From the NCBI GenBank assembly GCA_965218435.1, contig CBDCKW010000009.1, positions 736,001 to 800,000 on the forward strand: 64,000 bases of DNA, given 5' to 3'. Positions 51,862 to 62,269 of this stretch are shown piece by piece. The notes below the pieces were generated by a model. It was not told the origin of the DNA. It worked only from the letters and a program-made list of their open reading frames with translations, and did not search any database. The stretch comes from Truepera sp. (GTDB taxonomy: Bacteria; Deinococcota; Deinococci; Deinococcales; Trueperaceae). The position numbers were made by a program, and so were the translations under genes. How positions within the stretch are numbered: position 1 is the stretch's first letter; each line of letters starts with the position of its first letter.

Positions 51862-54513
51862 TTAGTCGGTCGTTTTTGCCAACACTTCTTCCAAGGTCGT
51901 CAACCCTGAAAACGCCTTAAACACCCCGTCGTCGCGGAGCGTTTTCATCCCACCTTGAACGGCGATCTCTTTAATATCAGTTGACGATTTGCCCTGCACG
52001 ATCGCTGTTTCAACCCCGTCTGCGACGCTTAGGAGTTCGTGAATGGCGGCGCGGCCGTTGTAGCCGGTGCCGTTACACTTGTCGCAGCCGACGCCGCGAA
52101 AAAGACTCGCGCCCGCGAGCTGCTTTTCGTCCAGGTCTAAGCGCCGTAAAATGTCGGGGTCGGGCGTATAGGCGACGCGGCACTCGTTACAGACTCGGCG
52201 AACGAGGCGCTGCGCGAGGACGCCGAGCAGCGACGCGGAGATATTAAACGGTTCAACACCCATCTCCTCCAAACGGGTCACGGCCCCGGCGGAGTCGTTC
52301 GTGTGCAAGGTGGCGATGACCAGGTGGCCGGTCAGGGCCGCTTCGACCGCGATTTTGGCGGTTTCGGTGTCACGAATCTCACCGATCATAATGACGTCGG
52401 GGTCTTGGCGTAAAAACGAGCGTAGGGCGCTCGCAAAGGTCAGACCCGCTTTGACGTTCACCTGCGTCTGGTTGATGCCCGGAATCTCATATTCTACCGG
52501 GTCTTCCACGGTTGTCACGTTCACGTCCGGCGTAGCGATACGTTTCAAGATCGAAAAGGTGGTAAACGACTTGCCTGAACCGGTGGGGCCGGTGATGAGA
52601 AAAATCCCGTAGGGTTTTTGGATGGTGTCGGTAAAGCGCTCGAGGTTATAGTCGGCAAACCCGAGCTGCTCGATTTCCGGGATCGAGGTCGCTTTTTTTA
52701 AGATACGCATCACGGCCTTTTCGCCGTAAACCGTCGGCAGGGTTGACAACCGCAGGTCAACCTCCATGTTTTTGTCCTTAAACCGCACGCGGCCGTCTTG
52801 GGGCAATCGGCGTTCAGCGATATTTAAGCGGCCCATGATCTTGATGCGCGCTGACATCGCGCCCGCGACGCCTTTGGGCATCGTCATGTATTCGCGGAGC
52901 GCACCGTCTTTACGGACCCTTACGACTACTTTATCGGGGCGTGGTTCGATGTGAATATCCGAAATATCGTTTAACACCGACTCGCGGATGATGTTGTTGA
53001 CCACCTTGACGAGCGCCGTGTCGTCTAAGTTCGAGTCGTCGCTGATCTCTTCTTTATCGCCGATCTCTTCTAACGCGGCCTTAGCCAGGTCTTCCATCGA
53101 ATCGCCGGAGCGGTAGTAGCGGTTGATCAGCCGAATGAGCGTCTCTTCGGTGGCCACCGCCGGACGGATCTCACGGCCGGTAATCAGCCGAATGTCGTCG
53201 AGTGCGAAGATGTGGCGAGGGTCTTTCATGGCCAGCACGACGGCGCTGCCCTCGAGTCGTAGCGGCATCACGTTGTAGCGGCGAATCGTGCCTTCAGGGA
53301 CGAGCGTCACGACAAACGGGTCAACCGGGACGTTCTCTTCGACAAACTCGTACCCGAGCTGCATGGCGAGGCTGCGGGCGAGCATTTCGGGGCTGATTTT
53401 GCCCGATTGGACGAGCGTATCTTCTAACCGGCCACCCCCGATACGCTGCTTTGACAGCGCATTTTGCACGTCTTCACGCGTCACGTAGCCGAGGTCTACC
53501 AAGATTTCGCCGAGCGGTTTGACGCGGCCGAGTTTGTTTTGTTTAGCTAACGCCTCGCGGAGCTGTTCGCGGCGGAGTTTGTTACTTGCCATCAGCGTTT
53601 CACCCAAACGGCCCTTGTCGGCGTCGTAAAGCCGTTCGGTCAGCCGCTGCACCTGGCTTTCGGGCGCAACGACAAAGGTCACCGGACGTGGGATAATTTC
53701 GGCGACTTCGGTACCTTTACGCGGGTCGGCTAAAGCGACGACCAGCACGCCGTCATCTTCTCTAAAGGGCACGGCGCGGTACTGCAGGGCGTCTACGCGC
53801 AGGAGGCTCGAGGCGATCTTTTCGCTGACCTTAAGGCCCTCGAGCTTAGCGACAAACGGGAGTTCGGCCTGCTCCGCCAACAGTTCGGCGAGCTGAACTT
53901 CGCTTAAAAACCCCTGCTCGAGCAAGATGTGCCCCAACAGTCCGCCCGTACGCCCCTGCTGCTCCAAAGCGTTTTTAAGCTGTTCGTCGGTGATCAGACC
54001 CAAACTTTTGGCGAGGTCGCCGACGCGCTGCCCCAGCTGCGGATTGACCTCGGCGGGGGGCGTCAGGCCGAGTTCGGGGTAGTAGGTCGCCAAGGCCCAC
54101 GCGAGTTCCGCCGAGAGCGCCTGATACGGTTCGATGATACAGTCCGAGACGTCCTCGAGTTCTTCGACTGCGAGCGCGTCGAGCGGGTCAACAAAGGCGA
54201 CGCGTAAGCGGTTATTCGTCACGTGAAAGGGGAAGGCGCGCAACTCTAGGGCTGTCTCCGCCGGAACTTTGTTCAACGCTTCGGGGTCAACTTGGGCGCG
54301 CGGCAACGCCACGAGCGGAATTCCGATGGCTTCTTCGATGGCGCGGGCAATCCGCTGCTCCGAGACGACACCTAAACCCACGAGCACCTCGGCCAAACGT
54401 CCGCCCATTTCGGCGTGGCGGCCGATCGCGCGTTGCAAGCCGTCATCAGACACGAAGCCACGTTCTAAGAGCATCGCGCCGAGGCGTTTGTCGCCTATGG
54501 ACAAAACGGGCAC
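51862..54513 (-). CDS. pilB: Type IV pilus/DNA uptake assembly ATPase PilB (Thermus PilF-type, three GSPII/MshEN domains)
   Basis: Repeated RLG..L...G.....L..AL motifs; SDIHIEP, GPTGSGKS, LRQDPD, CxxC...CxxC. Confidence 0.93.
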   Translation of the reverse strand: MPVLSIGDKRLGAMLLERGFVSDDGLQRAIGRHAEMGGRLAEVLVGLGVVSEQRIARAIEEAIGIPLVALPRAQVDPEALNKVPAETALELRAFPFHVTNNRLRVAFVDPLDALAVEELEDVSDCIIEPYQALSAELAWALATYYPELGLTPPAEVNPQLGQRVGDLAKSLGLITDEQLKNALEQQGRTGGLLGHILLEQGFLSEVQLAELLAEQAELPFVAKLEGLKVSEKIASSLLRVDALQYRAVPFREDDGVLVVALADPRKGTEVAEIIPRPVTFVVAPESQVQRLTERLYDADKGRLGETLMASNKLRREQLREALAKQNKLGRVKPLGEILVDLGYVTREDVQNALSKQRIGGGRLEDTLVQSGKISPEMLARSLAMQLGYEFVEENVPVDPFVVTLVPEGTIRRYNVMPLRLEGSAVVLAMKDPRHIFALDDIRLITGREIRPAVATEETLIRLINRYYRSGDSMEDLAKAALEEIGDKEEISDDSNLDDTALVKVVNNIIRESVLNDISDIHIEPRPDKVVVRVRKDGALREYMTMPKGVAGAMSARIKIMGRLNIAERRLPQDGRVRFKDKNMEVDLRLSTLPTVYGEKAVMRILKKATSIPEIEQLGFADYNLERFTDTIQKPYGIFLITGPTGSGKSFTTFSILKRIATPDVNVTTVEDPVEYEIPGINQTQVNVKAGLTFASALRSFLRQDPDVIMIGEIRDTETAKIAVEAALTGHLVIATLHTNDSAGAVTRLEEMGVEPFNISASLLGVLAQRLVRRVCNECRVAYTPDPDILRRLDLDEKQLAGASLFRGVGCDKCNGTGYNGRAAIHELLSVADGVETAIVQGKSSTDIKEIAVQGGMKTLRDDGVFKAFSGLTTLEEVLAKTTD

Positions 54514-55031
54514 GCGGCACCTCCTATACGGCGAGCAGTGTGGGGTCGCCTGGCAAATCTTTTGAGTAAGAACGTCTCGAGGTACCGTAAAACGCGGGTG
54601 TGGGGCAGCTTGCCGGGGGAGAGGGGTGTGACTAAAACCGAAACCATTCCGGCACGGTTGGCCCCGAGCACATCGGTAAAAAGCTGATCGCCGACCATCG
54701 CCGTTTCACGGGCGGGCGTCCCGAGTTTTTCGAGTCCCCGCCGGAAGGCGCGGCCCCGTGGTTTGCCGGTCAAAGGCAGGCCCTCGAGCCCCAGCTCCGC
54801 CGCCCAACGTGCGACCCGGATACGCGTCCCGTTACTTAAAATGGCGACCGGAATCTGCGCCAGCCGGAGGGACTCGAGCCACACCTTAAAAAGCGGCTCT
54901 AACAGGTCGCTCCCGGCGGCGAGCAGGGTGTCGTCTAGGTCAACAAGTACCGCACGCACACCGAGCGCGTGTAAAAAGTCCGGGGTCACCTCGGTAACTG
55001 AAATGACCACGGCGTCGGGGCGTAACATCAT
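54495..55031 (-). CDS. yqeG: YqeG family HAD IIIA phosphatase
   Basis: DLDDTL, LSN, KP, MVGDQLFTDVLGANRAG. Confidence 0.88.
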   Translation of the reverse strand: MMLRPDAVVISVTEVTPDFLHALGVRAVLVDLDDTLLAAGSDLLEPLFKVWLESLRLAQIPVAILSNGTRIRVARWAAELGLEGLPLTGKPRGRAFRRGLEKLGTPARETAMVGDQLFTDVLGANRAGMVSVLVTPLSPGKLPHTRVLRYLETFLLKRFARRPHTARRIGGAACPFCP

Positions 55032-55266
55032 AGCGGCAATTTATCATGAGGTGTCCGGCGCACTTAGCACGAAACTTCACGGCGTACTAAACCCTCGTTA
55101 AAGATTTTGCTACGCTTTCGCTACCTCAACCTCTCTGCTGAGCCGAAATTCGTTGTCTGCTACGGCGACTTTGTGTAAGTCGCACGGTCAACGTTTAGGT
55201 CTCTGTCGGGTGAGATTGAGGATTACTCAGGAGCCTAGCTTCACACCCGGTTCGAGAAAAGCGCGT

Positions 55267-56199
55267 TTACGACGCTTTTGCTGGAACCAGCATCGCCTGC
55301 GTTACGGTCTCACCGAACGCTTCGGGGTCGTCTAACCAAGGATAATGTGCGGTTTCTAACAAACTGACGAGCGCCTGCGGCAGGGCGCTTAAGACCAGCT
55401 CGGCTTGGCGCGGATAACAGCTGCCGTCTTCACGTCCGACGATGACCACAGTCGAAACCTCACGGAGCGGCGTAAGGTCGGCGGTCAGCTCCCAGATGTC
55501 TTGCCAACCGGTCAACACGCTCTCTTGCAACTCGGTAAATAGTTCGGCGTCGGTGTGCTCGAGCCTCATTCGGCTGCCGGTGCTTGAAAAAAAGAGCGAA
55601 TCGAATAAGCCTTTACCGCCCGCACTCTGAGCCGCTTCGGAGACGCGCTCGGCGGGCGGCAGCTCAGCGAGGTCGTCTTCACTGACCTCACGGCCTGAGA
55701 GTCGCGCCGAGGCGAGCTGCACGGTTTTGGCGAGTTCTGGCATATCTACCCAAGGATTGACTAACACGACGCGTTCGACGCGCTCAGGCGACCTTTTTAC
55801 TACCGCCGCTGCAATCAGCGCCCCGAAACCGTGTGCGAGCAGCGTCACACGCTCCACTCTGAGCGCGTCTAAAATAGCGAACACGTCCCCCGCTAACGCC
55901 TCAACGCCGAGGTCGGCCCCGGTGTCGGCGAGGCTCCGGCCCGCACCGCGTTGGTCGGCGTAGATCGTCCGAAAGCTGCGCAGCTCATCTTCAGCCAGTT
56001 CACGAAACGAATGGCTGTTGTAGCCGGGGCCGCTGTGCAAGTAAAAAATCACCGGCGCATCGGCCGGACCGACCAACTCAAAATACAATTCGGCGTCGAG
56101 CGTGTCTAAGCGGTACATCTCGTCGAAGATATCTGAACTATAGCCTGCGCTGTAATCTAATGCGTCTGCTACGTTGCTGTCTGTATCATCTCTATCCAT
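55267..56199 (-). CDS. Alpha/beta fold hydrolase-like protein
   Basis: LHSGPG, DQRGAGRS, HYPWLDDP; nucleophile elbow reads AHGFG (no Ser). Confidence 0.75.
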   Translation of the reverse strand: MDRDDTDSNVADALDYSAGYSSDIFDEMYRLDTLDAELYFELVGPADAPVIFYLHSGPGYNSHSFRELAEDELRSFRTIYADQRGAGRSLADTGADLGVEALAGDVFAILDALRVERVTLLAHGFGALIAAAVVKRSPERVERVVLVNPWVDMPELAKTVQLASARLSGREVSEDDLAELPPAERVSEAAQSAGGKGLFDSLFFSSTGSRMRLEHTDAELFTELQESVLTGWQDIWELTADLTPLREVSTVVIVGREDGSCYPRQAELVLSALPQALVSLLETAHYPWLDDPEAFGETVTQAMLVPAKAS

Positions 56200-56210
56200 A
56201 TTTCCGCCTA

Positions 56211-56417
56211 CTAGCTAACTCGTCTGAACTGCCAGACCTTCGCACCTTGGGGAACTGTAACGGAAGGTGCGTCGTCGGTATAACAGACGAGCAAGAAAAG
56301 TCTAGCTTGAGTTTGGCTCTCGAGCAGTTCCGCCTTGATTCCTGTCCTGAGAAGCGTCTCTGCCAACGCCCCCAACTGCGCCTTGGCGTCCGCTCCGGCA
56401 AGTTCATAAAACGTCAC
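56211..56417 (-). CDS. Small hypothetical protein
   Basis: Co-oriented with the hydrolase gene; plausible composition. Confidence 0.55.
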   Translation of the reverse strand: MTFYELAGADAKAQLGALAETLLRTGIKAELLESQTQARLFLLVCYTDDAPSVTVPQGAKVWQFRRVS

Positions 56418-56572
56418 GCGTCCCAGTGTAACGCGTCTTAAGGCGAGATGAAGAAATTTAGCTTTTTCTTGCGGCCGAATATGCTAACGTAAATTTATGT
56501 AACAGTTTATTGTTCCCCTTCGCCTACGGGCCTGACCAGCATCTACACTTCAGCTCGCTCAGGAGGAACATC

Positions 56573-57010
56573 ATGACCTCTTTTCCAAAATCTAACGATT
56601 CTATAAAACAGTACCGGCGGCTACGCGTCCGCACACTTGATGACTTGCAACCGCTGATTCAAGACGGGCGTTACCGCGTCGGACCGCACGCGCTGCGCCA
56701 CGCCGCCTGTGAAGGGTTTTCTGAAAAAGATATGGTGGCGTCCGCGCTTTACGGTCAAGAACTGGTGCGTTACTTAGAGGATGAACGGCTTTTGGCGCTC
56801 GGTTACATCTGTCCGAGTCCGGCGGTTAGGATTCCGCTCCACGTCGTGTTAGAGTACGCCCGCCCGCGTTGGGTAGACATCGTTACGGCGTATATTCCGG
56901 TCAAAGCGCACAGCCCGGTCTCGAGAACGCGGCTCGCTGAACTTTTACGGTATGACCAGGCTCCGACACGGCGGCAGGCGCTCAAGGGGGTGCGTTGGGG
57001 TGGGACCTGA
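56573..57010 (+). CDS. DUF4258 domain protein
   Basis: GRYRVGPHA, RLLALG, PLHVV, IVTAYIP; AGGAGG SD. Confidence 0.75.
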   Translation: MTSFPKSNDSIKQYRRLRVRTLDDLQPLIQDGRYRVGPHALRHAACEGFSEKDMVASALYGQELVRYLEDERLLALGYICPSPAVRIPLHVVLEYARPRWVDIVTAYIPVKAHSPVSRTRLAELLRYDQAPTRRQALKGVRWGGT

Positions 57011-57020
57011 AGGGTTTTAA

Positions 57021-57515
57021 GTGCCAACCCTTATCTTTGTTAGCGGTTTGATCAATTCGGGTAAAACAACGGTTAGTCAGTGCTTGACCGAACGCCTAAC
57101 ACGTGTTGCTCACGTACAGGGCGACGCGCTACGTCACTTTGTAACTCGGTTGTCACTCGAGGACGCGTTACCTGTCACGTTTGCAAACATCAGGGTGGTG
57201 TCAAATAATTTTCTCTTGGCAGGTTTTGACGTCGTAGTTGATTATCCACTTTCCCAGCCTAGCTATAAAGAGCTTTGTAATGCACTTTCCAAATCTGCGT
57301 CAGCTACCTATGCCTTCGTCTTGTCTCCATCTCTGGAGGTGGCTCAGAGCAGACGCGGCGACCGGGTACTGAGCCTACATGAAGTCGAAAAGATTGCCGT
57401 TCATTACAGCACGAACCTGCACAATCCCGGATTTGGCGTCCGTATCGATAACTCTGAACAGACGCCGCGAGAAACTACTGAAGTAATTCTGCAGCACATT
57501 GGCAAGTATTATTAG
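57021..57515 (+). CDS. P-loop nucleotide kinase-like (AAA) protein
   Basis: SGLINSGKTT, GDALR, IDNSEQTP. Confidence 0.75.
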   Translation: MPTLIFVSGLINSGKTTVSQCLTERLTRVAHVQGDALRHFVTRLSLEDALPVTFANIRVVSNNFLLAGFDVVVDYPLSQPSYKELCNALSKSASATYAFVLSPSLEVAQSRRGDRVLSLHEVEKIAVHYSTNLHNPGFGVRIDNSEQTPRETTEVILQHIGKYY

Positions 57516-58270
57516 TTGGGTAATGTATATACGGTGTGCGCGTTGGCGTCTAAGGTGGGCTCGAGCCCACCTAAACTCGTCCCGCGCAGCTCAGCTAAAA
57601 ATGCTGCGGTGTAGCGCACCCTAGCAGGTACGTTCGGCCTACCACGTTTAGGTTCAGGGGATAAGTAGGGGCTGTCAGTCTCGACCAAAAGCCGGTCTTC
57701 GGGAATCTTTCGCGCCGCAGCTTGCAAGTTCTTGGCACTTTTATAGGTCAAATTACCGGCAAACGAAACGTACCAGCCTAGCCCCAGGCCAGCTTCTAAA
57801 AGCCCTTCGTGACCGTTAAAACAGTGCAAAATACCCTGCGTGTGACCGGCTCTCAAAAGTGCGTCCCTGGCGGCTAATGAGGCAGTTTCTTGACCCTGCT
57901 TATCACGCACATGCAAGACGAGCGGTTTATAGGTCCGCGCCGCAAGCTCGGCGTGCCAGAAGAAAACGTCCCTTTGCACCGCTAAGGGGACCGCGTCCCA
58001 GTAGGTATCAAAGCCGGTTTCACCGATGCCGACGACTTTCGGGTGTTCGGCCAACCTTTCGATCTCGGCTCTGACTTCCGGGGTGGCTTCATCGGCGCTG
58101 TTTGGGTGAACGCCCAGCACAGCCCAAACATTTTGGAACCTATCAGCGAGCTCCAAGGTGCGGTGACAGCTCGCCTCGTCGGTACCGACGCTGATGATGG
58201 CGGCTAAGCTGGGGTCGGCAGCCTCAGTTGGGTCGTCACACGCGTCTAGGTGGCAGTGCGTATCAATCAT
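57512..58270 (-). CDS. tatD: TatD family nuclease
   Basis: MIDTHCHLD, GVHP, IGETGFD, LHCF, VETDSPYL. Confidence 0.93.
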   Translation of the reverse strand: MIDTHCHLDACDDPTEAADPSLAAIISVGTDEASCHRTLELADRFQNVWAVLGVHPNSADEATPEVRAEIERLAEHPKVVGIGETGFDTYWDAVPLAVQRDVFFWHAELAARTYKPLVLHVRDKQGQETASLAARDALLRAGHTQGILHCFNGHEGLLEAGLGLGWYVSFAGNLTYKSAKNLQAAARKIPEDRLLVETDSPYLSPEPKRGRPNVPARVRYTAAFLAELRGTSLGGLEPTLDANAHTVYTLPN

Positions 58271-58529
58271 TCCATAAGCATAACGGTAGGCCGCTGCAAC
58301 ACACTGGGCTGACAGACACCGCTTAAACTCACCGCAAGTCCGCCGCAAGGTGCGCTTTTTACCCTACCTTTATGACACCGGCTAAGGCATCCCGACTCGT
58401 CCGTCCTGCTGAGACTATGCTCCCCCAAAGCCCCGTCCTGCCCCGCCGCCTTAAGCTGCGCTTAAGGTTGAGCCCAAATAGTGCAATACGAGGAGGCGCG
58501 TTTTGCGTTTGTCAAGTGCAGGTGACCCG

Positions 58530-58931
58530 ATGATCTACCGTTCACGTTATCTCGACCGTATGCTCTTTTCGCCGCTCGGCTACCGGCACGACGCTCGCCC
58601 GCCGCACGCGAAACGGACTCGTTCACCTACCCAGTCACGTGCCCAAGTGCAACCACAAGCTCAGCCTTGTAGCGAACAGCCCCTTAGCTCTGGTTACCCA
58701 CAACTGGGTTATCCACAACCTGGTTATCCACAACCGAGCTATCAACAGCCTTTAGCACAACCTACTTATCAGCAGACAGGTCATTTGGGTGAACGCGCGT
58801 CTTATCTCTCGAGCCGCGAACTCCGTTTAATTGTTGGGCGCTGCGAAGAGACGATTAAGGGTGGACGGGCACAGATTGAAGATTACGAAGCGTTTGTGAT
58901 CTGTCAGCAAGAACTCAGCAGCCGGGCGTAA
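58530..58931 (+). CDS. Hypothetical protein with GYPQP repeats
   Basis: Open frame immediately upstream of rlpA; Q/P-rich centre. Confidence 0.55.
   Translation: MIYRSRYLDRMLFSPLGYRHDARPPHAKRTRSPTQSRAQVQPQAQPCSEQPLSSGYPQLGYPQPGYPQPSYQQPLAQPTYQQTGHLGERASYLSSRELRLIVGRCEETIKGGRAQIEDYEAFVICQQELSSRA
58691..58750 (+). repeat. Four 15-bp tandem repeats
   Basis: Unit approximately TGGTTATCCACAACC. Confidence 0.75.
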
Positions 58932-58939
58932 ACTAGGCG

Positions 58940-59572
58940 ATGCGCCGCACATCTGCTCGCAAAGTATTTAGCTTATCTGCTCTGCTGTTACTGCTATATC
59001 TACTGAGCGCCTGTGCGCCCGGTCTCAGCCGGGTACCCAACGCCGAAGAAGGTACAGCGTCGTGGTACGGCCCCGGTTTTGACGGCAAACTGACCGCGAA
59101 CGGCGAAATCTTTGACACCACCAAACTGACGGCGGCGCATCAGACCTTACCCTTTGACACGTTGGTGCGTGTGACGAACCTGGGAAACAACCGGGTCGTT
59201 GTGGTGCGGGTCAATGACCGTGGACCTTTCGTCGGCGGGCGTATCTTGGACCTCTCACAAGCAGCAGCGGAAAAGCTCGATATGATCGGGAGCGGAACGG
59301 CGCGGGTGAGGCTCGAGCTGCTTTCAGAGATGCCCGCCGCGAGCTGGCGCGTCGGCTTATCCCCTGAAGTTACGGGGTATGACGCGCTCTCGAGGCTGCA
59401 CCGCCCCGGTGAACTGCTGCTCTTAAAAAGCGCCGGAGAATCGGTGCTCCTGCGTGTGGTCGGCGGTCTACCCGAAACGGCTGAGACCGACTTACTGCTT
59501 TCTCAGCCGGTGTACGACTCGCTCGACTTGGGTTCGCTGATGGTTGAACCGGTGTCGGTGTCGGGGCCGTAA
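58940..59572 (+). CDS. rlpA: RlpA family septal ring lytic transglycosylase lipoprotein
   Basis: LSAC lipobox, GTASWYG, TANGE, TAAHQTLPF, VNDRGPF, DLS.AAA. Confidence 0.9.
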   Translation: MRRTSARKVFSLSALLLLLYLLSACAPGLSRVPNAEEGTASWYGPGFDGKLTANGEIFDTTKLTAAHQTLPFDTLVRVTNLGNNRVVVVRVNDRGPFVGGRILDLSQAAAEKLDMIGSGTARVRLELLSEMPAASWRVGLSPEVTGYDALSRLHRPGELLLLKSAGESVLLRVVGGLPETAETDLLLSQPVYDSLDLGSLMVEPVSVSGP

Positions 59573-59769
59573 ATCCCGTCAATAGCACTTCCAAGAAAGT
59601 TTGCACCAAACATCATCCTAGAATCTTAGAATGTACGTGTTGGTCAGCAAAACTTAGACGGAGAGCGTTGCCAACCAGATAATACCTGCTGAGAAAACAA
59701 ACTAAACCGTAAAAAATAGCCGTGAGCGTCTTTACCTCACGGCGGTTAGATGATTGGCTAAAGCTACCT

Positions 59770-60570
59770 CTAAAATGATCTTTGGGCGACAGGTTTACGG
59801 CACGCCGAGGCGATCTCTTGAGCTAACGCATCCACATCTTTCCCTTCAGCAATCGCGCTAATCAGGGCTGAACCGACCACTACACCGTCGGCAACGGCGG
59901 CAACCGGTTGAGCAGTCTCTGCGCTCGAGACCCCGAAGCCCACCGCGACCGGCAACGAACTCACCTCTTTAACACGCCGTACCAGTTCAGGAACTTCGTG
60001 CGGCAACGCAGTCCGGGCACCCGTCACGCCCGTGACCGAGACGGCGTAGATAAAGCCGCGGCACGCGGCGGTCACGGTCTCGAGCCTTTCCCGCGTTGAG
60101 GTCGGGGCGACCAAAAAGACTGTATCGAAGTCAAGCTCACGCGCCGCCGGAATCAAGGTTTCGGCTTCTTCCGGGGGCAAATCGGGCAAAATCACGCCGT
60201 CCGCTCCGGCTTTTTGCAGGTCTCTCAAGAACTCAGCTTCGCCACCTTGGTAACAGTAGATCGGATTGTAATAGGTCATTAAAACGATGGCTTTGTCGCT
60301 CGTCTCGCGCAGTTTGGCGATCAGCTCAAACGTTTTCTTGGTCGTCATGCCTTGACGCAACACCTGTTCGGACGACCGCTGAATCGTCGGGCCGTCGCCT
60401 AACGGGTCGGAATAGGGAAGACCGACCTCGAGCACATCGGCCACTTCTAATAAAGTCTTTGCCTGCTCTGAAAATCCGGCCTCATCGGGAAAACCTGCCG
60501 TCAGATACGGCACGAACGCGGCCCGATCCTCTTCTCGAGCTTTCGCAAATGCCTCTTTAATTCTGCTCAC
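59770..60570 (-). CDS. trpA: Tryptophan synthase alpha subunit
   Basis: [37 protein letters not shown]. Confidence 0.96.
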   Translation of the reverse strand: MSRIKEAFAKAREEDRAAFVPYLTAGFPDEAGFSEQAKTLLEVADVLEVGLPYSDPLGDGPTIQRSSEQVLRQGMTTKKTFELIAKLRETSDKAIVLMTYYNPIYCYQGGEAEFLRDLQKAGADGVILPDLPPEEAETLIPAARELDFDTVFLVAPTSTRERLETVTAACRGFIYAVSVTGVTGARTALPHEVPELVRRVKEVSSLPVAVGFGVSSAETAQPVAAVADGVVVGSALISAIAEGKDVDALAQEIASACRKPVAQRSF

Positions 60571-61783
60571 GATTCTCCTCCTGCATTTTTAAGACGCGCA
60601 TCGCTTCTGAAACGTCCTTGTCGCCGCGCCCGGAGAGGTTGACGACGATAAGCTCTTCGGGTTTCATCTCGGGCGCTAGGTTGACGGCGTAAGAGACGGC
60701 GTGGGCGGTCTCGAGCGCCGGGATAATCCCTTCAATTCGGCTCAGCAGCCCAAACGCCTCGAGCGCCTGCGTATCGTCTACGCCGATATATTCCGCAACC
60801 CCGGCGTCCGCATAATACGAATGTTCCGGTCCCACACCCGGATAATCGAGCCCTGCCGAAACCGAGTGCGCCGGGGTAATCTGGCCGTCGTCATCTGACA
60901 TCAAGTACATGAGCGCCCCGTGCAGCACACCTTTTTTCCCTGCAGTGATACTGGCAGCGTGTGCACCCGAATCCATCCCGTGCCCCGCCGCTTCGACCCC
61001 AATCATCCGGGGCCGCTCGTTTTCAGGCAGATATGCATACGGCGCGAAGAGCCCGATGGCGTTTGAGCCGCCGCCGACACACGCGACGATAGCGTCGGGG
61101 ACGCGGCGACCTTCAAGTTCCTCCAACTGCGCCATCGTTTCAAACCCGATCACGCTCTGAAAATCGCGCACCATCATCGGGTACGGGTGCGGCCCGACGA
61201 CCGAGCCGATGATGTAAAACGTGTCCCGCACATTCGTGACCCAATCACGAATAGCCTCGTTCGTCGCGTCTTTAAGCGTTTTCGTCCCGCTCGTGACCTC
61301 ACGCACCTCAGCACCCAAGAGCTTCATCCGAAAGACGTTCAGCGCCTGCCGCCGGATGTCCTCCGCGCCCATATAGACGACGCAACTTAAGCCAAAGAGC
61401 GCCGCCGCCGTCGCTGTCGCAACCCCGTGCTGTCCCGCACCCGTCTCGGCAATGACGCGCTGTTTCCCCATCCGTTTCGCTAAGAGTGCCTGCCCAATGG
61501 TGTTGTTGATCTTATGCGCGCCCGTATGGTTTAAGTCTTCACGCTTGAGATAAATCTTTGCGCCGCCCGCGTGCCTGGTCAGGTTTTCGGCGAAGTAGAG
61601 TGTGCTAGGTCTGCCGACAAACGTTTTCAGATAGAACTCGAAAGTTTTCTTAAACTCCGGGTCGTTCATCGCTTCGGTATAGGCAGCGGTCAAATTGTCG
61701 AGGGCCGGAATCAGCATTTCGGGGACGAAGCGCCCGCCGTATTCGCCGAAACGACCTCGAGCGTTAGGTAGTGGAAAAAGCAT
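60557..61783 (-). CDS. trpB: Tryptophan synthase beta subunit
   Basis: [48 protein letters not shown]. Confidence 0.97.
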   Translation of the reverse strand: MLFPLPNARGRFGEYGGRFVPEMLIPALDNLTAAYTEAMNDPEFKKTFEFYLKTFVGRPSTLYFAENLTRHAGGAKIYLKREDLNHTGAHKINNTIGQALLAKRMGKQRVIAETGAGQHGVATATAAALFGLSCVVYMGAEDIRRQALNVFRMKLLGAEVREVTSGTKTLKDATNEAIRDWVTNVRDTFYIIGSVVGPHPYPMMVRDFQSVIGFETMAQLEELEGRRVPDAIVACVGGGSNAIGLFAPYAYLPENERPRMIGVEAAGHGMDSGAHAASITAGKKGVLHGALMYLMSDDDGQITPAHSVSAGLDYPGVGPEHSYYADAGVAEYIGVDDTQALEAFGLLSRIEGIIPALETAHAVSYAVNLAPEMKPEELIVVNLSGRGDKDVSEAMRVLKMQEENREQN

Positions 61784-61834
61784 AAAGCCTCCAAAAAAGG
61801 TAGATTTTTAGGTAAGGGAAAGGTCAGAACAAGA

Positions 61835-61933
61835 CTAAGGACGCCACCAGCGTTGGTGGTGCCATTTGAAGCTGCGCGGCGTACGGCTTCGCCTCGGTAG
61901 CGAGCTGACGCGGATGCGCGAAAGTGGCTTCAT
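61835..61933 (-). CDS. trpL: Trp leader peptide (MKPLSRIRVSSLPRRSRTPRSFKWHHQRWWRP)
   Basis: Three Trp codons including WW near the stop, 51 nt upstream of trpB; TGGACA-18nt-TAGACT promoter 6 nt before the ATG. Confidence 0.8.
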   Translation of the reverse strand: MKPLSRIRVSSLPRRSRTPRSFKWHHQRWWRP

Positions 61934-62035
61934 AAGGAGAGTCTAATAGCTATCAGCAGGGATTGTCCACTGTTCGTTAGTTCAAAAGCATATTTTTCAG
62001 TTCGGCAATAGACCGTACGGGTTGAAACCTATAAA

Positions 62036-62257
62036 TTACGGCATGACAGTTCGGGCAAGCTGAAGGTGCTGCCACGCTTCATCCTCTTCTTCGCGCTCCC
62101 AATCTTCAGCAAGCGCCGCTTCACTAAGGAGCGCGGTATCATTTGCATCGCCCTCGAGCACCGTGACGAGCGCGCGGGCCGGGTGCGAAAGAGTTAGCGG
62201 TTCTAAAAGCCGAATCTGCCCATCTGCGTCAATAATGGCCTCTACCGTTTTGTGCAT
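62036..62257 (-). CDS. Small antitoxin-like protein with no adjacent toxin
   Basis: VEAIID..GQIRLLEP N-terminus; LLSEAALAEDW..EEDEAW tail. Confidence 0.65.
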   Translation of the reverse strand: MHKTVEAIIDADGQIRLLEPLTLSHPARALVTVLEGDANDTALLSEAALAEDWEREEEDEAWQHLQLARTVMP

Positions 62258-62269
62258 CTGCTCTTCTCC

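Noticed and set aside
51862..54513. Triple MshEN/GSPII N-terminus of PilB as a novelty
   Set aside because: Established architecture of Thermus PilF-type ATPases
50533..58750. CRISPR array at either tandem repeat (50533-50604 or 58691-58750)
   Set aside because: Units are 13-15 bp without unique spacers and there are no cas genes in the window
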